From Octopus sinensis (Eukaryota), in the NCBI RefSeq assembly GCF_006345805.1, contig NW_021825453.1, forward strand, positions 1-15,582: 15,582 bases of DNA. The letters run 5' to 3'. Numbering within the stretch: position 1 is the first letter of the stretch; each line of letters begins with the position of its first letter. The notes below the pieces were generated by a model. The model worked only from the letters and a program-made list of their open reading frames with translations. It searched no databases and was not told the origin of the DNA. A program made the position numbers and the translations under genes. Below, piece after piece: positions 8,597 through 15,582 of the stretch.

Positions 8597-8996
8597 TACT
8601 TTTCTACTCTAAGCACAAGGCCCGAAATTTTGGCGGAGGGGGCCAGTCGATTAGATCGACCCCAGTGCGCAACTGGTACCTAATTTATTGTACCCGAAAG
8701 GATGAAAGGGAAGGTCGATCTCGGCGTAATTTGAACTCAGAACGTAGCGGCAGAGGAAATACCTATTTCTTTACTACCCACACGGGGCTAAACACCGAGG
8801 GGACAAACAAGGACAGACAAAGGGATTAAGTCGATTACATCGACCCCAGTGCGTAACTGGTACTTAATTAGTCTACCCCGAAAGGATGAACAGCAAAGTT
8901 GACCTCGGAGGAATTCGAACTCAGAACGTAAAGACAGACGAAATACCGCTAAGTATCTCGCCCGGCGTGCTAACGTTTCTGCCAGCTCGCCGCCTT
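8597..8996 (-). mobile_element. Dimeric SINE family B with 15-bp target-site duplication
   Basis: Full left arm 8994-8765 is joined directly to a headless right arm 8764-8597 with a different tail. GCTTTGCTTGAAATA occurs at 8582-8596 and 8997-9011. Confidence 0.92.
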
Positions 8997-9595
8997 GCTT
9001 TGCTTGAAATACTCACCATATTATGGTTTGGAGTATTAAAAATATCTATCCAAATTTCGCTATTCAGTTTCGATTCTTATTTAAAGATACTAATACGGTA
9101 GGGAAAACCTTGAAGTTCTTCAAATTAATTCTCTTCCATTATAAATGTATGGTTTGTCTCTAAATATGAAATCAATATCAAGATTGTCGGAAATTATTTG
9201 ATTACTAAAGAATACATAGCGTCGGCCTCTGGTTGATATTGAGATGAGTGAAATCTTAATATAAACAGGAAATCTGATATAAGAATAATAAACCGACTTC
9301 TTCAGATAAAATTATGTCTCCGTGGCTTATGATAACAGTTGCACATTGCATAGAACAAAAACAGCATGGGAATAATTCCGATATCAATAATGAAGCACGA
9401 AATAATGAAATATTGGAGTGGATATTATATGAGGATCACTAATTCAATGGTCCTGAGTTCATATTAGCTAGTGTTGTCTTTTTTTTCTTTTCACCATAGG
9501 TCAGTACAAAATAAGCAAACCTACACTCAAAAACATTCCAGCCTTCACCATTCTATCTCTGTCTGTCTGTTTGCCTGTCTATCAGTCTCTCTCGT

Positions 9596-9597
<2 letters not shown>

Positions 9598-9626
<29 letters not shown>
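9598..9626. repeat. (CT)n microsatellite
   Basis: Read directly from the sequence. Confidence 0.9.
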
Positions 9627-10640
9627 AGTCATAGTGTGTCTAGAATTATATCCTGCCTTTTCAACTGAGCTGCACATTGTGTATCGTTCAATGCGTAGCA
9701 CAACATTCAAGACGGTTGGTTATAATCTGAGGGTTATTTCGCTGCTATGAATATTTCTTGCATTTTGAGTCACCAGGTGTAGATTCCCCTCGGCGGCTCA
9801 TCAAACGATCTCTTGGATTTCTAAGCAAAGAACTTTAGTCGATTTGAAGACATTTTATCTATCACCTGGAAACTTATAACCAAGTATTTCAGGATAATTG
9901 CAAATAGCAACGAACTCTTGATAAGAGATTCTCAATTGTTGCTAATTAAGATCGCTTGATTTGTAAATGTGACAAGCAGTGGGACCACAAGTCTCTTTTC
10001 TCTCTTCCATTATGGCTAATCAACCATTCAGAGGTACAGGAATAAGTAAAGAAATACGTAAATAAAATAATAAAAAGAAATAGTCTTCGAAGAAAGTTGT
10101 AATAGTTCGATTCATCAAATAAACGGTTAATAAAGTTTGTAAAATAGATTTTCAAGTTTCCTGTTGGCCACCATTTTGAAGGAATGAAAACTGCGTTGGG
10201 GAACTCTGGGGGAGTTTAATAAGCTTACAAATTATCTTTTAGACAAAATTTCAGACATTTGATTTTATAGTTGGTGATGAATACGCAAATGACCCAATGA
10301 TGAGAGGGTCAAACATAGGACTTGGCTTTGGAAGTTAAAATTTCTTTTTCTTAAGATAAATCTTAATTTTAATTTAATCACTCAATCCTTAATATAAGTG
10401 GATTTTGAAAGCGATGCCTGTAGTTCTACATTTCATTAGTAATGCCATATCTATACATGTGCATACATAAACATGCATACATATGTGTGTGTGTGTGTGT
10501 GTGTTGTTATATAGATATATCTAATGATATACCGACCAATCTTCGCTCACTCTGTCTTCTTTCTTTCAATATATATATATGTGAGTGTGTATAAATATTT
10601 GCATATCTACGCAACTGAAATTGTAAATGTATATATTTAG

Positions 10641-10901
10641 GAAAGAAGCCCGTCTTACATATATATGTATATATCTATGTGTGTGTGTCTGTGTCTGCTT
10701 GTTTCCCCACCATCGCTTGACAACCAGTGTTGGTGAGTTTATGTCCCGTACTTTGCAGTTTGGCAAAAAAAAAAATCAATAGAATTAGTACCAGGCTTTA
10801 AAATAATAAGTCCTGTGGTCGATACATGCGATTTAAAAAATTCTTTAAGGCGGCGCTCCAGCATGGCCGCAGTGAAATTGCTGGAAAATAAAAGTTAAAA
10901 G
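10641..10901 (+). mobile_element. SINE family A, 5'-truncated, uninterrupted
   Basis: GAAAGAAGCCCGTC - short TA/TG tract - CCCCACCATCGCTTGACAACC ... GGCGGCGCTCCAGCATGGCCGCAGT. Spans the junction of the two halves at 4286 and 1914. Confidence 0.85.
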
Positions 10902-10961
10902 ATATATAAGCATATAGATATGTATAAAAGATATATATATATATATATATATTATAATATA

Positions 10962-11024
<63 letters not shown>

Positions 11025-11127
11025 GATATGTACATATGCATATATAAGTACACACATATACAGACACAGCGTGCGCACGCACACTTACACACATACACTC
11101 ACACATATTTAATATATGTAGTACTTA
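10902..11127. repeat. (TA)n/(CA)n microsatellite
   Basis: Read directly from the sequence. Confidence 0.93.
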
Positions 11128-11370
11128 AGTGACATTTGTCCCCCGCTGAATGAAGCATTGCTTTTGTTGACCGTAACCCTACAACGGAACAGCAAACTGT
11201 GTACAGGTATATTCCTTAAAAAGACCCGGTTCTTGGGTTTCACTTGGCAATGTCAACAACCTTCAGCAATACGCATGAGTGAAAGGTAGATACACTCACA
11301 CACACACGCGCGCATACACTCACACACACACACTCTCTCACACACACAGAGTCACACACACACACTGGCC

Positions 11371-11518
11371 ACCTTCTGCATAGTTACCGCAAACAAATGT
11401 CCCTCACAGGGTATCGGTCAGTCAAAGACTCTGGTAAAAGACAGCTAAGGCGCCACCAGTAGGATCGAACCCAAAAGTAGATGGTTGGGAAGTGAACATC
11501 TAAACAATTCAACTTCCT
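11371..11518 (-). mobile_element. Old, diverged SINE family A 5' half
   Basis: Collinear with 4290-4450 (CTCACAGGG..TCGGTC...GTAAAAGACA...AAGG.GCCAC.CAGT.GGA..GAAC...ATGGTTGG.AAG). Preceded on + by a (CA)n tract at 11292-11366. Confidence 0.65.
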
Positions 11519-11689
11519 GATCTTTACCGAATTCCAAGTATTTCTTCTTTCTCTCAATTTCAGTTGATGCAAAAAAAACTTAGTTTCTCAGTAAAGATTT
11601 ATTTATCAGAGAAATGAAACCGACTCACAGAGACATCTACAAATATGTCACAAAGAATAGGCATTTGCTGAGAAAATACAAATTAGGAT

Positions 11690-11896
11690 TTTAAAATTTT
11701 GGCACAAAGTCTATAATTCTATGGGAGTCGACTTCATGACTCTTGTATTCAACTGGCACTTAGTTTACCGATCCCCGGAATAATGAAAGCAATGTCGGTC
11801 TCGGTGGAATTTGAACTCAGAACGTAAAGAAACGGAAGAAATTTTGCTTTGTATTTTTGTCTGAACAGCTAACAAGTCTATCAGTAGTTCGCCGCC
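11690..11896 (-). mobile_element. SINE family B, monomer type, diverged
   Basis: On +: TTTAAAATTTTGGCACAAAG ... CTCGGTGGAATTTGAACTCAGAACGTAAAG ... GTTCGCCGCC. Confidence 0.8.
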
Positions 11897-13182
11897 TTAT
11901 AATTTTCAAATGATAAATCGCCCGAGGAACGAAGAACACGAGAATCGACACCATGACCTGCTTCTTACGTTTTGACAGATTCGAATGCAAATCCCTGTTG
12001 TGTCCGCCACTGGGGAGTTGCTTCCCCTTTGCGACGGCAACTGCGTTCATAACACACTCGACAGTGCATGGAAATGAAAACAAGACACTCTCATGAACCC
12101 GAGATCAATTGGTTTCAGTTCAAAATTTTCAGTAATAACAATCAACACCAAATCTTGGCATCTGCTGCAGAAGGCAGATTCTGTGTTATATTAAAGTCTT
12201 CGTCAAATTTATGTTAGGTGTCGATATTCAGTCAGAAATATTCCCAAATATTGCACACTGGTCGGAGATATAAAAATGTTAGTAATGAAAAAGCTATGTC
12301 CGAGTCATTTGCAGAATTATTTCAACGGTTCCATTCAACATAACTAAATTATTTCGTTGGCAGAGAACATATTGAAATTCGGATTGTTGGCAGGCATTTT
12401 AATTAGAATCAGAAACATTTATCGCTTGACTTCCATGGGTCATTTGAATTGCATTTAGATAACTGCACATTGTGTTATCTATCCACTTTAAGGAACAAAA
12501 GAATGAAGTTATTGTGAAGAAAAGTATCTAGAACTGAAGCAAGGTAGTAAAGGTTTGTTTTAGTATGAAGGTCTGAACCCAAAATGTTGGACGCTTACTC
12601 GAAATGTGGGATACTGTTCTTTTCCAGCACATCAACACAATACCATTTCGATACGATTCAGGTTTTTGAATTTGTTAGAAATTTAATTGAGAGATTAATG
12701 AAAAAAGTAATTAGCAACAGTATTTAGATTCACCTCTGTCATGTTCAATATGCTTACATTAAAAATGTTCGTATTAAATAATTATCGTAATCCAAATTTA
12801 ATAATGCTGGAATTACCAAAATATAGAAAATAAAACTAATATCAGACATTAACCATGTTGTCTTTTGGAAATCTCATTATACAAATCAGAAATACAATTT
12901 TTGTTGCTCTTTTATCATTGTAATTATTTTTAGTTAAGCAGTTAAACATTGAAATAATGAATCGATTGTTTGACTAATCTTTCGGCCAATTTATCAGTCA
13001 GTTAAGTTCGTCAGAGATCTTTCGTTGCCATTTGTGCGATAGATTTGTGAGAAGCGTGGAGAAGCAATGACGACTTTGCGAATGGTAACGAAACGACTTT
13101 GACGGACGTAGTTGTTTGATTGATTAACAAAACGATTAATCAAAGAATAAATTAGTTAATTGCTTAAATGGTTAACTAGTTG

Positions 13183-13184
<2 letters not shown>

Positions 13185-13281
<97 letters not shown>

Positions 13282-13432
13282 AATAATAATGATAATAATA
13301 ATATTGATGATGATGATGATGATGATGATAATAATGATGATGATAATAATAATATAATAATAATTATAATAATAATAATAATGATGATGATGATGATGAT
13401 AATAATAATAATAGTAATAATAATAATAATAA
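13185..13432. repeat. Compound (AAT)n/(GAT)n microsatellite
   Basis: Read directly; source of the poly-N/D/I ORFs in the track. Confidence 0.97.
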
Positions 13433-13763
13433 ATGAAATAAAATACAAACAGTGCACGTATTTCTTATTAACACAATGACCGTCCCAAAACACAACAATA
13501 ATCCGTTTCAACACACAATTTTTCATTAATGTTCGTTCTTTAAACATTCCAAATAGTTAGTCGCATCAACGAAGACGCTTCTTAGGTATTTGTTTCGGGG
13601 ATTTACTCAAGTGGAACCAAGCATCTTCCAGTTATTCACAAATGATTCGAACGAAAATTTGAAATAGAAATCGAGTAAATTGTGTAATAGGAATTGTAAA
13701 ATTAATGCTAACAATGGCTGTATTGATAATAATAACGATGATGATGATGATGGTGACAACAAT

Positions 13764-13969
13764 GGTTTCAAAATATGGCACAAGGCCAGCAGTTTTCAGG
13801 GGAGGGGATAAGTCGATCAGATCGACCCCAGTGTTCCACTGGTATTTATTTCATCAACACTGAAAGGGACGAAAGGCAAAGTTAACCTCGACGGAATTTG
13901 AACTGAGAACGGGCGGAATCCCGCTAAGCATTTCGCCGGGTGTGCTAACGATTCTGCCAGCACACCACC
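13764..13969 (-). mobile_element. SINE family B, monomer type, with trinucleotide tail
   Basis: On +: GGTTTCAAAATATGGCACAAGGCC ... GTCGATCAGATCGACCCCAGT ... GGAATTTGAACTGAGAAC ... GCTAACGATTCTGCCAGC. AAT/GAT/AAC repeats at about 13725-13763 form its tail. Confidence 0.88.
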
Positions 13970-13970
13970 C

Positions 13971-14250
13971 GAAGAAGGAGGAGGAGGAGGAGAAGAAGAA
14001 GAGGAGGAGGAGGAGGAGGAGAAGAGAAGAAGAAGAAGAAGAAGAAGAAGGAGAAGAAGAAGAAGAAGAAGAAGAAGAAGAAGAAAAAGGAGAAGAAGAA
14101 GGAGAAGAAGAAGGAGAAGAAGAAGAAGAAGAAGAAGAAGGAGGAGGAGGAGAAGAAGAAGAAGAAGAAGAAGAAGAAGGAGAAGAAGAAGAAGAAGAAG
14201 AAGAAGAAGAAGGAGAAGAAGGAGAAGAAGGAGAAGAAGAAGAAGAAGAA
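13971..14250. repeat. 280-bp uninterrupted polypurine (GAA/GGA)n tract
   Basis: No pyrimidine on + from 13971 to 14250. Confidence 0.97.
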
Positions 14251-14302
14251 CCAGCAGGGCGTCAGTGAAAATGACTTGCGGAAACATTTTGCGACCTCTG
14301 CA

Positions 14303-14428
14303 GGGGTCAGCTCTGTCTTCCATCCTTCTAAGGTCTATAAAATAAAGTACCAGTCATGTACTGGGGTTGACGGTATCCGTTAACTCTTTCCCCTGAAAAC
14401 TGACGGCCTTGCGTCTAAATCAGGAACC
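14303..14428 (+). mobile_element. Degenerate SINE family B 3' portion
   Basis: GGGGTCAGCTCTGTCTTCCATCC ... GTACCAGTCATGTACTGGGGTTGAC ... GGCCTTGCGTCTAAAT matches the family B centre and monomer tail. Confidence 0.7.
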
Positions 14429-14540
14429 CTTGTTTCAGCACTGAAACTCCCTCCCCTCAATAAACTGCAAACGGGTCCTTAGGTACGGCATAATACTAAC
14501 CAGATAGAATGATATGTTAATTATTCATTATGTGTATATG

Positions 14541-14581
<41 letters not shown>
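14541..14581. repeat. (GAT)n microsatellite
   Basis: Read directly from the sequence. Confidence 0.95.
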
Positions 14582-14935
14582 CTAAAGATTTCTGTTCTTC
14601 CATCGACGCACCGATTCTGCTGTATGAAACTCGTGTTAACAAGATTTTGAATAATTCAGTCATTCCATTACCGTTAATGGTAGAATGAAATAAAGTTAGC
14701 AAGAACAGCAGAACAGCCAGTTTTGAAATAATGGAATGGTAAGTGAATCCAATTACTATAAGAGCATTCGGTGTAATATTGGCCGCACACGTAAAACAAA
14801 GGATTGTGAGTCTTTGAATTGAAAGAACACAAGAATAAAGAAGAATGCTTTAACTAAGATCATATGAAGGCCAATGCTGTCACAAGAGCACGCTAGGGTT
14901 ATGAAGCCTTAGCAGTGGAATCTTGTTAGATATGT

Positions 14936-15212
14936 TTTCTTTATTAGCCACACAGGGCTGCCACAGACAGGACAAATTACAAGGTAGAGCTTTCTTTGGG
15001 AGATAAAAAGGGGGTTTGGTTTTCGATCAAAAGGGATCGTAAAAGGAAAGACAGAGGGATAAGAAAAAAAAGGGGGGGGGGAAAAAGGAAAAGAAAGAAA
15101 AATCGATCAATAGGGATCGTTATCACAGAAATGTCAATATAAATGTAAAGGGGAGGACAGGTGAGGTTTACCCGTGGAAAGAAAGCCTACGGAAAAGACC
15201 ACGGTAACCTCG
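14936..15212 (-). mobile_element. Probable 5'-truncated LINE 3' UTR sharing its tail with SINE B left arm
   Basis: Minus-strand end TTGTCCTGTCTGTGGCAGCCCTGTGTGGCTAATAAAGAAA aligns at 33/41 positions with SINE tail 5574-5614. The rest is pyrimidine-rich on the sense strand, has two identical-stem hairpins, and has no SINE head or core. Confidence 0.55.
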
Positions 15213-15582
15213 TCAATGAAGTCACATGTTATATATTTTTCTTTTACAAATAAGCAACTCTCTGTATTAATTTTTACAGTTCATAAGATAGCAGCGTAAG
15301 CATATTGATATTGCGGAAGACATTGGGATCAAAACAATCGAGTGAATGCGTTAAATTTCAGTATTTGAAGAAAGCTTCCCCAACTGGGATCGAGTGATGT
15401 ATTGAAATAAATTTCGCTCTGATTAATTCATCACATAGGGATTAATATTGTTCCTAAGAAAGAGAAGTGTTGATACACAATTATTATCACGGGACATAAA
15501 TAAGATTTCTCTCGGATCAAACTCCAAATCCTTAATCGTTACAAAATTTGCAGAAAGTTAATGTGTAAGGAAATGGAAATGG

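Noticed and set aside
4380-9000. tRNA-like A/B boxes at 4390-4453, 5391-5480, 8297-8360 and 8900-8994
   Set aside because: No closed cloverleaf; each continues into SINE body sequence, so these are SINE heads, not tRNA genes.
9310-9440. Hydrophobic minus-strand frame YPLQYFIISCFIIDIGIIPMLFLFYAMCNCYHKPRRHNFI
   Set aside because: Bounded by stops with no usable acceptor in frame; AT-rich DNA often gives such peptides.
9773-9869. 12-13 bp inverted repeat CCAGGTGTAGAT / ATCTATCACCTGG, with TTGATGAG inside on the minus strand
   Set aside because: No TSD, no internal pairing for a pre-miRNA, and hammerhead core and stems are incomplete.
11817-12083. ORF with SKRKKQVMVSILVFFVPRAIYHL, resembling GPCR TM6
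   Set aside because: No CWxP motif, no convincing TM5 or TM7, and the ORF runs into the SINE at 11896. An HDV-like ribozyme reading of TTCCTCGG here also fails, with no P1 partner.
12955-13025. Third CTGACGA...GAAA pair on the minus strand (core 13008-13014, TTTC 12980-12983)
   Set aside because: No stem I partner, poor stem II, and G instead of U at the position that must pair with the last A of GAAA. Treated as chance.
13120-13143. TTGATTAA-N8-TTAATCAA inverted repeat among homeobox/Fox-like sites
   Set aside because: 8-bp AT-rich match is expected by chance at this composition; no independent support.

Overview
AT-rich, microsatellite- and retroelement-dense eukaryotic DNA with no intact protein-coding gene. 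The SINE families resemble those I recall from octopus genomes (inference, not a database match). Contents: about ten tRNA-derived SINE copies from 2-3 families, a 5'-truncated frameshifted CR1/L2-group LINE RT (2315-4239) nested inside a split SINE, a probable second LINE 3' end (14936-15212), and long simple-repeat tracts that account for most of the ORF track. The main signal is at 4541-5341: a partial tandem repeat (period about 471 nt) in which each copy carries a complete type I hammerhead ribozyme motif on the minus strand, capped by an inverted copy of its own end. This is the layout of a Penelope-like or retrozyme element. Three more (TA)n-anchored elements look related: a 160-bp-arm palindrome at 109-438, an 88-bp fold-back with a half-hammerhead at 1915-2002, and a terminus at 21-100. 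Two weak candidate exons lie at 7637-8012 (-).
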